DNA of 59,347 nucleotides from a virus. Taxonomy: Duplodnaviria; Caudoviricetes. Location: IMG/VR virus record IMGVR_UViG_3300032288_004867, positions 1 to 59,347 of that record, one strand, 5' to 3'. A model generated the notes under the pieces. It was not told the DNA's origin. It saw only the letters and a program-made list of their open reading frames with translations, and did not search any database. Of the stretch, positions 30,201 through 38,329 are shown piece by piece. The first letter of the stretch is position 1. Each line of letters starts with the position of its first letter. Made by a program: the position numbers and the translations under genes.

Positions 30201-30762
30201 TTGTAGATTCAGCATTAAAAACTCTAACAATCTCTTCCTGACCAACTTGTAAATCTATAAGTCCAGTTCCAGTATCACCAACAGCAATGTTTAATGTACC
30301 AGTTCCAGCATCCCAATTTATTCTACCAGGTGATTGTGTTACAGTTGCACCAGTATTAAAATCAATATAATCAGTATATATAGTATTAGCTGTTAAACCA
30401 TTTTCAATAATAGTTGAACCAGTTATAAATACACTACCACTATAATTTAAATCTCCACGAACATAAACATCACCAACAAAATTTGTATCACCTGTAACTG
30501 ATAGTGCATAACCACCTGGTAATGATGAACCACTAATTGAAACATCCCCAGTTATATTAAAATTACCAGTAACTGTATCACCAGTCCTACTAATTCTATC
30601 CCAACCGATAGGTAAAATTGAATTTGCTGTAGTACCAGATGCATATAAAATAGCATCAGATGTATTTAATGCGATTTCACCAAGTTTTAAATCACCAGGT
30701 GATGGTATTTTTCCAGGTACATTAGACCTTTTTAAAAGGAATGTATTTTGTCTATTGGCCAT
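24295..30762 (-). CDS. Giant mosaic tail fibre/spike with SHAEG repeats and two pectin-lyase-like beta-helix domains
   Basis: Mtd-N-like start (LLKRSNVPGKIP..L..GEIALNT), SATTYLNLP repeats, about 20 SHAEG repeats, two (G/V)DFxSIKxAV motifs. Confidence 0.75.
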   Translation of the reverse strand: MANRQNTFLLKRSNVPGKIPSPGDLKLGEIALNTSDAILYASGTTANSILPIGWDRISRTGDTVTGNFNITGDVSISGSSLPGGYALSVTGDTNFVGDVYVRGDLNYSGSVFITGSTIIENGLTANTIYTDYIDFNTGATVTQSPGRINWDAGTGTLNIAVGDTGTGLIDLQVGQEEIVRVFNAESTTLQKGEIVYVSGSQGNRPSVKRAIATSDGYSVTTLGMVDRNIAPGSEGYVTTFGIISNLNTLGLTGGTAIFLSPTVAGGYTSIKPKGPNHIVLIGYVVRVSATVGSIFINISNGWELDELHDARISASTQGDLLMRGSYNGSSVWVNTKKLNGSYTITGDTNIGGNLIVSGETNLNNLTATTISATTYLNLPETTFTGGTVTGLTNFTNYVLINAISASTWLNLPPAVFTGGTVVGNTIFLNGLTANTFSAATYLNLPPAVFSGGTINGPTNFTNGLTANTFSAATYLNLPLAVFTSGSTGLYSIKANNDSGLDATGDYSVAEGYLTTAIGNYSHAEGEETTANGNSSHAEGYRAITSGNSSHAEGFLTTSVGNSSHSEGYQTKAIGDTSHSEGRETTAIGDHSHAEGRSTSAVGYTAHVEGLGSTAYADYSHAESWLNKAIGFSSHAEGSWTVASGSSSHTEGTGTTTTGLGSHAEGSGTTASGIASHAEGGGSKATGNQSHAEGYINTASGQASHSEGYSTTASGLASHAEGRDTEAIGDYSHAEGSGSKASGITAHAEGLGTSAFGDYSHSEGYATTALGEFSHAEGRSSESLGSNSHAGGYYSIASGLTSFIHSTNSVVTGSRSVVLGGQNITGSTNDTVYVPNLNINVTPNTNTNTDNVLVRNATTGDVEIRTINSLINTNNTITVALTGSTGVDFNSIKLAVESITGSSSANTYTVKVSGGIYYEDPFTIPTWVSVVGDSSLSTIIEANDSSQTLIHLSDQSALFDCQVQGCTDTGVSAIIYSSSTTPQSTAISYVENVRFGSNYTHAKVVAYGGANIIIQCSNVKYGGYPFTIGFYATNNGSGIGRMQLRNVTSTNGGISTTTGLIFAKADAANCGFIVNGCLLTKSAGAAAGTGFYVENGGFLRLTAVNFQRWSTGIYAPQIGSAPSIDAIALNFENCTTDVNIVHSGATGKIQGTDNFLKTKININSPLYEVGQDARVITVAKKGGDFSSIKSAVDYLIASATTSINSRYIIEVGPGQFIENEIDLTSTPYVSIVGSNIQTTQILPNTNNQHIIKIGQNNEVSFLSLSGAPSGYSGLYCYDIGDFAQAHKISFYDCDINLWVESVTQDTKFYGEYLDFNGTYTYGSKILSSNGFLALANLENYYNFPSSTGITYCNYASGSGATLSVFVADCQSNGVSGSTAYYIQDYAELNASTTTIDGFTYGVYNPNVGGGVRFDIDNASIVNGEWDLYIERVTTFGTFAGSSNHEKLYTQSTDVYWSFLDINDGEFDITRKASVTFADGTHTDFTTLIFDGSTMGVMEGGEITIVSGFTVSTAAGFGYLSKTLTPEIHKRIDWNNSQITLGANENKYIFINENGVLSNSGTRPNSIHNIVLGRVVTNSVGISFIDLSPSHSDHTSNRFGNLFREALGPIYALGSIVNENATPFKLDVTSGEYYYSTSEYLPSGGTQISFTQYYRDGLGGWNTSATTIVNNTSYDGNGSLSGLTTGYYTKHTLYVVGDGIYEKYFLVLGQNEYSTLVEAENALLPTPPSFFIDSVSQIANIYIEQGFSGITQIEDIRPVIGFKAGGVNASSVHGNLLGLGADDHTQYLLVNGGRAMSGNLNMGSNNITSVGTVDGVTVSAHATRHQFGGADQIGTTTPSANAIPYADVSGKLDSWVSTGSTTTLGKVKLSTSPVLVSNPIVVGENDLRFTTAFTGATFNNSTDTLTLNRNNGTSLLVNGFTDYYVTGGTYSSGTLTLNRNGLSDITINGFSTGSGSGTLTGSGITNKVAYWSGTSGLTYNINFHWDNSNSRLGIGTSSPSEKLDVSGKTKTTKLQVTSGATAGYVLMASDSNGNAYWSPSGGGGEVNTASNVGGANGIFYQKSGLDLQFRTLSAGTNVTITSGTTKLTINSSGEPNTASNLGSGNNIFAQKSGFDLQFRSIIAGSNITITSGSTSLTINSGYDFGLGFAQTINNYLT

Positions 30763-30855
30763 ATTTATGACATTATTATGTTAAAACCTTATTTAAGGTA
30801 TATTATTAAAAAAGTAAAGGTTATATAACCTATAAAAATAAATATTAAATAAAAT

Positions 30856-30886
30856 AAAAAAGGTGGGTTATTAGCCCACCTTTTTT
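30856..30886. terminator. Terminator
   Basis: A6-GGTGGG-TTATTAG-CCCACC-T6. Confidence 0.85.
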
Positions 30887-30904
30887 ATTTTAAAAAATTT
30901 AATA

Positions 30905-32866
30905 TTAATATTGACCCCCATCTAAAATATCAAATTCGGCTAACACTCTCACACCATTTGGTGAACCTTCGTTTTTATTTGTGTTTCTAATTACAATATC
31001 ATTTAGTTGAGTAACCCAACCTCTATTATTGTACCCAGTTAATCCTGTATATTCTGAAACATTTGGAATATTACTAGGTGTTAAACCAGTAAGGTTTTGC
31101 ATTTGACCTATTGTAAAGTAAGTATTACCACTTGCAATACCATTACCATCTTGAATTCTAATACCTGAAGAAACTGAAGTTGCAATTGTAGAACCAGTAG
31201 GGTTATAGTTTAAAGTCACTTGCGGGTCTTCAACATATAATTCAGTAGTTGCAACAATTGTTTCAGTACCAAATACAGTTAAATTACCATGCACTGTTAA
31301 ATTACCAATACCAGGTGTGGATAATGAACCACCAGAACCAATTACTAAACCACCTTGACCAATGTTTGCGGTTGTACCTGATGCATTTTGAACATTAATA
31401 TTACCAACTGTTAAAGTATTTGCTGATTGAGAATATTCAAATCCAGATTCAGTTGTTAATTTACCAGAACCAGTTGTATAAACAACTCTATTAGCTGATA
31501 ATGTTGAAACTGTTAAACCTGTAACTGAACTTATTTGTGCAGTTAATGGTGATTCACCTTGATTTCTATCTATTGTAAAGGTATTATCACCTGGGTTATA
31601 TGTAAATCCAGTAACGTATGTATCTCTACCATCTATAATACTTAATAAGTTAGTACCACCACTATAAATTGTTGTGGCATCAATCGTTGATGCTGTAGTC
31701 GGACCTAAATATGTATTACCAGTTACAGTTAAATTACCATTTATTGTTAACCCACTCATTGAAGTGATAGTGACACTTAATGGTGCTTCACCTTCATTTT
31801 GATAAATTGTCAATGTATTTGCTGAAGCTGTGTAAGTATAAGCAGTAACATAAGTATCATTTATATCAATAGCACTTAAATCTAATGTATAAGCAGATAA
31901 TGACTCATTAGTGTTAAAATAAACAGTATCACCTATTAATGTTGCACCAGTTGTTTGAACATCAGTTAATCCAGTAATTGGAATATCAACATTATCATTT
32001 CTTTTTAAAGTTACAGTTGCATTTAAATTTTTACTATCATAAGAAACAGTACCACCAGTAACATAAGTGTCATTAACATCAATTGAACTTAAATCAACAG
32101 TATATGGTGTACCATCATTTCTATTAAATGTTATTAAATTAGTATTATTATCATAAGTACCACCAGTTGTATAAGTATCTTCACCTGATAAAGTATTAGG
32201 ACTATTTAATGGAACTCCATGATAATCTAAAGTAAATGTGGTATTATTACTATTGTCAGTTGCTGGTGTATAAGTAGCACCAGTAACATATACATCATTA
32301 GTTTGACTAAACCCAGTTAAATAATCAACATTAACTATTTCATTAGGGTTTGTACCACCTACATTTTGATAATAATAAGATGAACCACTAAGATTTGTTG
32401 TACCAGTTACCGTTAAATCACCAATAGTTAATGCTGTAAATGCGTTAATATTTACTGATACATTTGGTTTATTATTATTTAATTTTAATGTAAGAGTATT
32501 TGGTGTCCAAGTAGCTCCTGTAGTATAAGAGTCAACCGAATTTGCAATATCAGTAATATCAGCTAATACAAAACCATTTGTTGTACCAGATAAGAATTTA
32601 CCAGAAAGATTTGTTAATCCACTATATGATGTTATTTGGTTTCTAATTTTTAAATCATATAAATTAGAACCAACCTCAAAGAAGTTTGCATTTCCACCAG
32701 GTCCAGCTGGTGTCCATTCTGATGTTGATGAAGTTATACCTGAAAACATTAAAATACCGTCAGCGGTATTAACTATTGCTTCACCTTTTAATAATGTTGC
32801 CCCAGAAAACGGAGCACTAGGTACTGTATTATTTTTAATTACTAACCTGGTTTGTCTTGTTGCCAT
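30905..32866 (-). CDS. Tail fibre protein with repeated DTYVTG(G/A)TY modules
   Basis: 653 aa, Thr/Asn-rich. N-terminus similar to the 2155-aa fibre, C-terminus ILDGGQY. Confidence 0.65.
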   Translation of the reverse strand: MATRQTRLVIKNNTVPSAPFSGATLLKGEAIVNTADGILMFSGITSSTSEWTPAGPGGNANFFEVGSNLYDLKIRNQITSYSGLTNLSGKFLSGTTNGFVLADITDIANSVDSYTTGATWTPNTLTLKLNNNKPNVSVNINAFTALTIGDLTVTGTTNLSGSSYYYQNVGGTNPNEIVNVDYLTGFSQTNDVYVTGATYTPATDNSNNTTFTLDYHGVPLNSPNTLSGEDTYTTGGTYDNNTNLITFNRNDGTPYTVDLSSIDVNDTYVTGGTVSYDSKNLNATVTLKRNDNVDIPITGLTDVQTTGATLIGDTVYFNTNESLSAYTLDLSAIDINDTYVTAYTYTASANTLTIYQNEGEAPLSVTITSMSGLTINGNLTVTGNTYLGPTTASTIDATTIYSGGTNLLSIIDGRDTYVTGFTYNPGDNTFTIDRNQGESPLTAQISSVTGLTVSTLSANRVVYTTGSGKLTTESGFEYSQSANTLTVGNINVQNASGTTANIGQGGLVIGSGGSLSTPGIGNLTVHGNLTVFGTETIVATTELYVEDPQVTLNYNPTGSTIATSVSSGIRIQDGNGIASGNTYFTIGQMQNLTGLTPSNIPNVSEYTGLTGYNNRGWVTQLNDIVIRNTNKNEGSPNGVRVLAEFDILDGGQY

Positions 32867-32908
32867 TTTTTTTGTTTTTATTTATAAATATTATTATTAT
32901 ATTAAAAA

Positions 32909-33280
32909 TTAATAATTACCACCATTTAATATATCATCTTGTATAACTGAATTATTAGCAGTTATTATTCTATTATTACCTTCATCGTCTAACCCTAAAT
33001 TTAAATTAGGTGTATTAACTTGTATAGTTGATGTCCAAATTGTAGATTGACCATTAATTGTATTTATATTTCTAAATCTTTTTGATGGTGTACCAACATC
33101 ATAAGTATCTGTTGTTTTTGGTGTAATATTACCCTTTATTGCAATATCATTAGTTGATAATTCAATACTAGTATTACCACTACAACTAACAACCATATTG
33201 GTACTAATGCCACTACATGTGTTATCTTGTCCTTCAACAATGAATGTTACATTTAAACCGTTATCACCACAAGTATTCAT
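32909..33280 (-). CDS. Small virion/fibre-attachment protein
   Basis: ITPKTTDTYDVGTPSKRF fibre motif, C-terminus ILNGGNY. Confidence 0.55.
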   Translation of the reverse strand: MNTCGDNGLNVTFIVEGQDNTCSGISTNMVVSCSGNTSIELSTNDIAIKGNITPKTTDTYDVGTPSKRFRNINTINGQSTIWTSTIQVNTPNLNLGLDDEGNNRIITANNSVIQDDILNGGNY

Positions 33281-33282
33281 TT

Positions 33283-34335
33283 TTAAAGTCTATTACCTAT
33301 TAATGTGAAATCACTATCACTATTATTAATTCTAACGATTTGTATATTTACCAAATCACCATTTTGTATAATTATTGGGTTTATTATTGAAGTACCATTT
33401 AAAACAGTATTATTATTAACTTTAATTATAATTTTTGATATATTTTTATATTCAGCAATTGTATTAAATTTCAAATCATATTCTGAATTAAAATTAAAAC
33501 TAGTTGTTGAGTTTTTCTTAAACACAAAATTGAAATTGGCACAACCATCTAATGGGTTAACATTAGCTTTCATTTTAACTCTAGGTGCTTCATCTAATAA
33601 TTCAGTAACAACAAAAGCTCTATTAACAGTTGGTATAACTTGAAAATCAGCTTCATCTAATATGTAACCATATAATGATATTTCAAATGGTTGAACATAA
33701 AATCTTCTATTTTCAAAATCATCTATATTGCTTTCATCACCAACATTTTCCAAATGTACTGGCATTGGGTGACCATTTACTCTTATATAGTGTTGTCTAG
33801 ATTGAAAAATCTTTTGTACTAATTGATTTAATTTATTTAAATCCCTCATTCTATTACAAAATAATCTAACTTCATAAATTAAATCAACGGAAGTTGGTTG
33901 TGGTATTTTATAAGTATCAACACCAGTTCTACCACCTTCAAATGTTGGAACCTTTAAATATGTGTAAGTTCTTCTACCTGGAATATTAAATAAGCCAGCT
34001 TGATTTCTACCAGGTTGAGGATTTGGTTGCCTAACAATAGTAATAAAAGGCATTTTTATATCCCTATATTTATCTGAAAATTGCCATGTTTTACTAAATT
34101 CAGACCATCTTTGTAATGTTAAAAATAATACAGGAACTTTATCACCATCAATTGAAATTTCTAAATCATTTTCAATAAATTCAATGAAACTCGTATCCAT
34201 ATCTTCATACATTACACCTCTAGGTAAAAAAGTACCTTTATGCGAAATATCATCTAGATAACCCTGTCTTTGTTCAAAACCGTAAGGTTGTCTAACTATA
34301 TTTATATCTTTCCTAAATCCCTTTGGTACTGCCAT
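33283..34335 (-). CDS. Tail terminator / sheath stabiliser (T4 gp15-like) with C-terminal extension
   Basis: KVPVLF..QRW, KMPFITIVR, IPQPTSVDLIYEV, RRFYVQ.F.I.LYGY. Adjacent to the gp14-like gene. Confidence 0.65.
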   Translation of the reverse strand: MAVPKGFRKDINIVRQPYGFEQRQGYLDDISHKGTFLPRGVMYEDMDTSFIEFIENDLEISIDGDKVPVLFLTLQRWSEFSKTWQFSDKYRDIKMPFITIVRQPNPQPGRNQAGLFNIPGRRTYTYLKVPTFEGGRTGVDTYKIPQPTSVDLIYEVRLFCNRMRDLNKLNQLVQKIFQSRQHYIRVNGHPMPVHLENVGDESNIDDFENRRFYVQPFEISLYGYILDEADFQVIPTVNRAFVVTELLDEAPRVKMKANVNPLDGCANFNFVFKKNSTTSFNFNSEYDLKFNTIAEYKNISKIIIKVNNNTVLNGTSIINPIIIQNGDLVNIQIVRINNSDSDFTLIGNRL

Positions 34336-34337
34336 AG

Positions 34338-34862
34338 TTAAACACCTCTAAATTCATTATAATCAATTGGGGCACAAAGAACTGTTCTAAATGCACCTTT
34401 ATATCCTAATATTGTGTGTGCGTTATCATAGTTTTTCTTACCATCATTAACAACACTGTAATACCTAACTTCATTTTCATTTACCGCATAACCAATATAA
34501 TCACCAAAACTTAATTCAATATCTAGTTCAGCTAATTGAGCATCATATATACCAAATTTTAATTGACCATCTTGAAGATATCTTAAAGAACCAGAACCAC
34601 TATTATAAGCTTTGTTTTCAGCTTCAGAAATAGTCGGTATAACTCTTAACTCAACTGGGGGTAAAAATCTTATACCATCAACAAATGATTCACCGTATAA
34701 ACTATCTTTAGTTGTTAAGTTTCTGTCAACACGATAAAGAATAACCGTAAAATTACCATCATCTTCAATAGCTTCTCTACCCATGTCTATTTCTAGGTTG
34801 AAGTCTTCTCTGCTAAAGAATTTGTTGTTTCTATTTATTGGTATTATTCTAGGTCTTGACAT
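34338..34862 (-). CDS. Neck / head-closure protein (T4 gp14-like)
   Basis: VILYRVD..DSLYGES..F.PPVEL, GDYI. Confidence 0.65.
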   Translation of the reverse strand: MSRPRIIPINRNNKFFSREDFNLEIDMGREAIEDDGNFTVILYRVDRNLTTKDSLYGESFVDGIRFLPPVELRVIPTISEAENKAYNSGSGSLRYLQDGQLKFGIYDAQLAELDIELSFGDYIGYAVNENEVRYYSVVNDGKKNYDNAHTILGYKGAFRTVLCAPIDYNEFRGV

Positions 34863-34910
34863 ATCTTTTTTAGATAAATATTTACAATAATATAAATAGA
34901 TGATTTAAAC

Positions 34911-34940
34911 TTGATTTTTATTTAAAAATCATTATATTTA
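34911..34940 (+). promoter_or_regulatory. Bacteroidota-type promoter candidate for the helicase
   Basis: TTG-N19-TATATTTA, one mismatch to TAnnTTTG. Confidence 0.5.
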
Positions 34941-34988
34941 GTAGTATTTCATGTACAAATAACAATATAAATTAAAATATTTGAACAA

Positions 34989-36839
34989 TTGATTAATTTA
35001 GACGACATAGGTGGTTACTCAGCACTCTCAAGATTAAGGGATTATGAAGGTAAAAACCCATATATAAAAAAACTTAAAAAAAAACTATTGAAAGACGGTA
35101 AAATAGTATTAACCGACTTACAAAGAAAATATATTTTAGATAATTACGATAAAGAACCAATATTAATAAATAAAGTTGTTAGTATAAGTGAATTCTTAGG
35201 TGAATCATTACAAAAACAGGAAGAACTATCTTTTAAACCAGAAAGAATATTAATTGAATATATATTAGCTGATTCAGAAAAAACATACCATGTCTATGGT
35301 AAATTAACCAAAAAGCAAGAAAAATCTGGAATGTATTTTTTACCAAAAACACAAGTTATTGATGACCCATATTTTGAAGAAAGTAATATTGATTTTGATT
35401 TTGAAAAGTATGAAAAATTAGACCAATTTATAAATGGTGATGGTACTATTGGGAGAAAAATATTAGAACACCAAAAAACTGGTATTAAATTTTTATTAGC
35501 TAGACCAGGTGCAATATTAGCTGATGATATGGGTTTAGGTAAAAGTTTACAATCGGTAATTGCCGCATTAGAGAGTGGTGCTAAAAGAATATTAATTGTT
35601 TGCCCATCTTCAGCTAAAATAAATTGGCAAAGAGAAATTAATTATTTCCAAGAACATGATACAGCAATAATTAGTGGTTCTAGGTGGTCAACAGCAAAAT
35701 TTACAATTATAAATTTTGACATATTAAAAAATTTTCATACATTAAAAGATGATAAAAATGATGGTATGCCACCATTGAGAGATATGGTTAATTCTAAATT
35801 TGATTTATGTATAATTGATGAAGCTCATAATTTGAGAAACCATAAAAGTATACGTGGTGCAATTATGACTGAACTATGTGTTGATTATGGTATTAAAAAT
35901 GTTTGGTTATTATCTGGTACACCAGTTGCTAATAGACCTATGGATTTTTATAATTTATTAAGATTAATTAAATCACCATTAGTTGATAACTGGAAATTTT
36001 ATGTGCAAAGGTATTGTGAAGGTAGACAAATAACACAAAGACTTAAAAATGGTAAAAAAAGAAAAATATGGTTAACAGATGGCGCATCAAATTTAGATGA
36101 GTTATCAATTAAAACTAGAAATCTTTTATTGAGAAGAATGAAAGATGAGGTTTTGGATATGCCAGATAAAACCAGGATACCAAATTATTTTGAAATGTCT
36201 AGTAAACAAAGATTAGAATATGAATCACTTTGGGAAGATTATTTAATTGAACGACAAAAAAAGAAAAAAAGAGGAAGTGTTCAAAGAGATTTAGTTGAAT
36301 TGGGTTTATTAAGAAAATATATTGCAATGCAAACTATTCCAGAAACAACTGCACTAGTTGATGAAATTATAGACCAAGGTCATAAAGTTATTATTTTTAC
36401 TTGTTTTACTGATGAATTATTAGAATTATCAGAATACTATGGTAATAATTGTGTTTTACATTATGGTGAAATGAATGAAAATGATAAACAAAAATCGGTT
36501 GATAGATTTCAACAAGAAGGTGGCCCAATGGTATTTATAGGTAATATCATTTCTGCTGGTGTTGCGATTACATTAACTAGGTCAACATATGTTGTATTTA
36601 ATTCATTTGACTGGGTTCCTGGTAATTCTGAACAAGCTGAAGATAGAAGTTACAGATTAGGTCAAAAAAATAATGTTACAGTATATTATAACTTATTTGA
36701 AGATACGATTGTAAGTAGAATGTGGTCAACATTAAATAGGAAAAAAGATATAATTAGTAGAATTATGTCTAGAAATGAAAGTAATAATGAAGTTATTGAA
36801 GAAATAATAGATTATATAATAGAAGATAAAAACGAATAA
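34989..36839 (+). CDS. SNF2-family (SMARCAL1/HARP-like) helicase/ATPase
   Basis: LADDMGLGKS, IVCP, DEAH, LSGTPVAN, LRRMK, GVAITLT, QAEDRSYRLGQ. Confidence 0.95.
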   Translation: MINLDDIGGYSALSRLRDYEGKNPYIKKLKKKLLKDGKIVLTDLQRKYILDNYDKEPILINKVVSISEFLGESLQKQEELSFKPERILIEYILADSEKTYHVYGKLTKKQEKSGMYFLPKTQVIDDPYFEESNIDFDFEKYEKLDQFINGDGTIGRKILEHQKTGIKFLLARPGAILADDMGLGKSLQSVIAALESGAKRILIVCPSSAKINWQREINYFQEHDTAIISGSRWSTAKFTIINFDILKNFHTLKDDKNDGMPPLRDMVNSKFDLCIIDEAHNLRNHKSIRGAIMTELCVDYGIKNVWLLSGTPVANRPMDFYNLLRLIKSPLVDNWKFYVQRYCEGRQITQRLKNGKKRKIWLTDGASNLDELSIKTRNLLLRRMKDEVLDMPDKTRIPNYFEMSSKQRLEYESLWEDYLIERQKKKKRGSVQRDLVELGLLRKYIAMQTIPETTALVDEIIDQGHKVIIFTCFTDELLELSEYYGNNCVLHYGEMNENDKQKSVDRFQQEGGPMVFIGNIISAGVAITLTRSTYVVFNSFDWVPGNSEQAEDRSYRLGQKNNVTVYYNLFEDTIVSRMWSTLNRKKDIISRIMSRNESNNEVIEEIIDYIIEDKNE

Positions 36840-36841
36840 TT

Positions 36842-37099
36842 ATGGTTAGATTATATGGGTTTGACGAATGTCCTTATTGCCAAGAACTTAAAGGTTTATA
36901 TGATGAAAATGGTGTAGAATATACCTTTGTTGATGTTACACTTGATGAAAATGAAGCTGAATGTGAAAAATTATTTAAAATTACGGGAGATGAATCGGTA
37001 CCAGTTGTTTTAGTTAATAAAACAATTTTATCACCAGATTCATCATTTAAAACAATACAAGAAGCTTACGAATTAACTTTAAAATTTTTGAATCAATAA
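36842..37099 (+). CDS. Glutaredoxin (NrdH-like)
   Basis: CPYC active site, SVP cis-Pro motif, 85 aa. Confidence 0.9.
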   Translation: MVRLYGFDECPYCQELKGLYDENGVEYTFVDVTLDENEAECEKLFKITGDESVPVVLVNKTILSPDSSFKTIQEAYELTLKFLNQ

Positions 37100-37146
37100 T
37101 TTGGTGATTAATAAATTACTTAATATTTATTAATAAACAAATTATT

Positions 37147-38298
37147 ATGTCTTTACTTGAAGATGATAAAATAAAAATATTCGAGCAGTTTAGAGTATCA
37201 ATGGGTTGGCCAAATAGAAAGGTTGAACTTGATGATGACCAACTTTGTGTGTTACTTGAAATCGCTATTGAAGATTATGCACAATATACTCAAGAATGGT
37301 TAATTGAGCATCAGTGGCAATCTTTACTTGGTAAAGATGTTGATACTGTTGATATGGCATTTGCATTAAGTGTTAGAAGTTTAGATTTCTCAACGCAATA
37401 TACGTTTGCTTATTCAAAACAAGTTGGTCTTCAAACTAGAGGCCCATGGGAACTTAAAAAAGATTATATAAACATAGAAGCTGGTAGACAAGTATATCAA
37501 ATACCAGCTGGTCGTGAAATAAATGAAGTTCTTTGGGTTACACCACCAACCACAGATAGAGCATTATTTGCTAACTATGGTGGTCTTAACTATGGTTTAG
37601 GTGGTGGATTTGCACAAATGGGTTCTGGTGGTGGAGCAATGGGTGCTGGTATGGGTGGTGCTGGTATGGGTGGTTATTTTATTGCCCCAGCTTATGACAT
37701 ATTATTAACAGCATCAGATTTCAATTTAAAAAATAGAATACTTAGAAGTGAATTAGTTTATAAAATAACTAAAGGTCCAGATGGTACCAGATTATTACAT
37801 TTATTAAGTACACCAGGTTCTAAATTTAGTTTTGGTGGTGCAATAGGTAATCAAGGTGTTGGTGGTGGAATAAATTTAACTGGTTGTCAAGTTTGGTATT
37901 ACTATTATGATACTGATAATCCAGATGAATGTAGGTTAGCAAATCCAGACATTATAATGTCACCAAATGATGTTCCATTAGCTAAATTAGATTATGGTAA
38001 ATTTAATGAACCAACAAAAACATTAATTCGTCAATTATTTGTTGCAGAAGCTAAAAGAGCATTAGGTAGAACTAGAGGTAAATTTGGAGGTATTGTTGGT
38101 CCACCAGAAGCTGAAAGAACAATGGATTATGATTCATTACTATCAGAAGGTAATGATGAAAGAAAAACAGTTCTAGAAAGGTTAGATGAAAGATTACAAA
38201 GGTTATCTAGTACTTCACAATTAGAGAGAGCAGCAAATGAAGCTGAATATTTAAATAGAGCGTTAAAATTTAGACCATTAGGTTTTTGGGTTAAATAA
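37147..38298 (+). CDS. Neck / head-tail adaptor protein (T4 gp13-like)
   Basis: MGWP...VELDDDQL, AEAKRALGRTRGKFGG..GP...MDYDSLLSEG, C-terminal PLGFW. Confidence 0.8.
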   Translation: MSLLEDDKIKIFEQFRVSMGWPNRKVELDDDQLCVLLEIAIEDYAQYTQEWLIEHQWQSLLGKDVDTVDMAFALSVRSLDFSTQYTFAYSKQVGLQTRGPWELKKDYINIEAGRQVYQIPAGREINEVLWVTPPTTDRALFANYGGLNYGLGGGFAQMGSGGGAMGAGMGGAGMGGYFIAPAYDILLTASDFNLKNRILRSELVYKITKGPDGTRLLHLLSTPGSKFSFGGAIGNQGVGGGINLTGCQVWYYYYDTDNPDECRLANPDIIMSPNDVPLAKLDYGKFNEPTKTLIRQLFVAEAKRALGRTRGKFGGIVGPPEAERTMDYDSLLSEGNDERKTVLERLDERLQRLSSTSQLERAANEAEYLNRALKFRPLGFWVK

Positions 38299-38324
38299 AA
38301 AAAGGGACTTTATGGTCCCTTTTT
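38297..38324. terminator. Bidirectional terminator
   Basis: A7-GGGAC-TTTATG-GTCCC-T5 between convergent genes. Confidence 0.85.
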
Positions 38325-38329
38325 AATTT

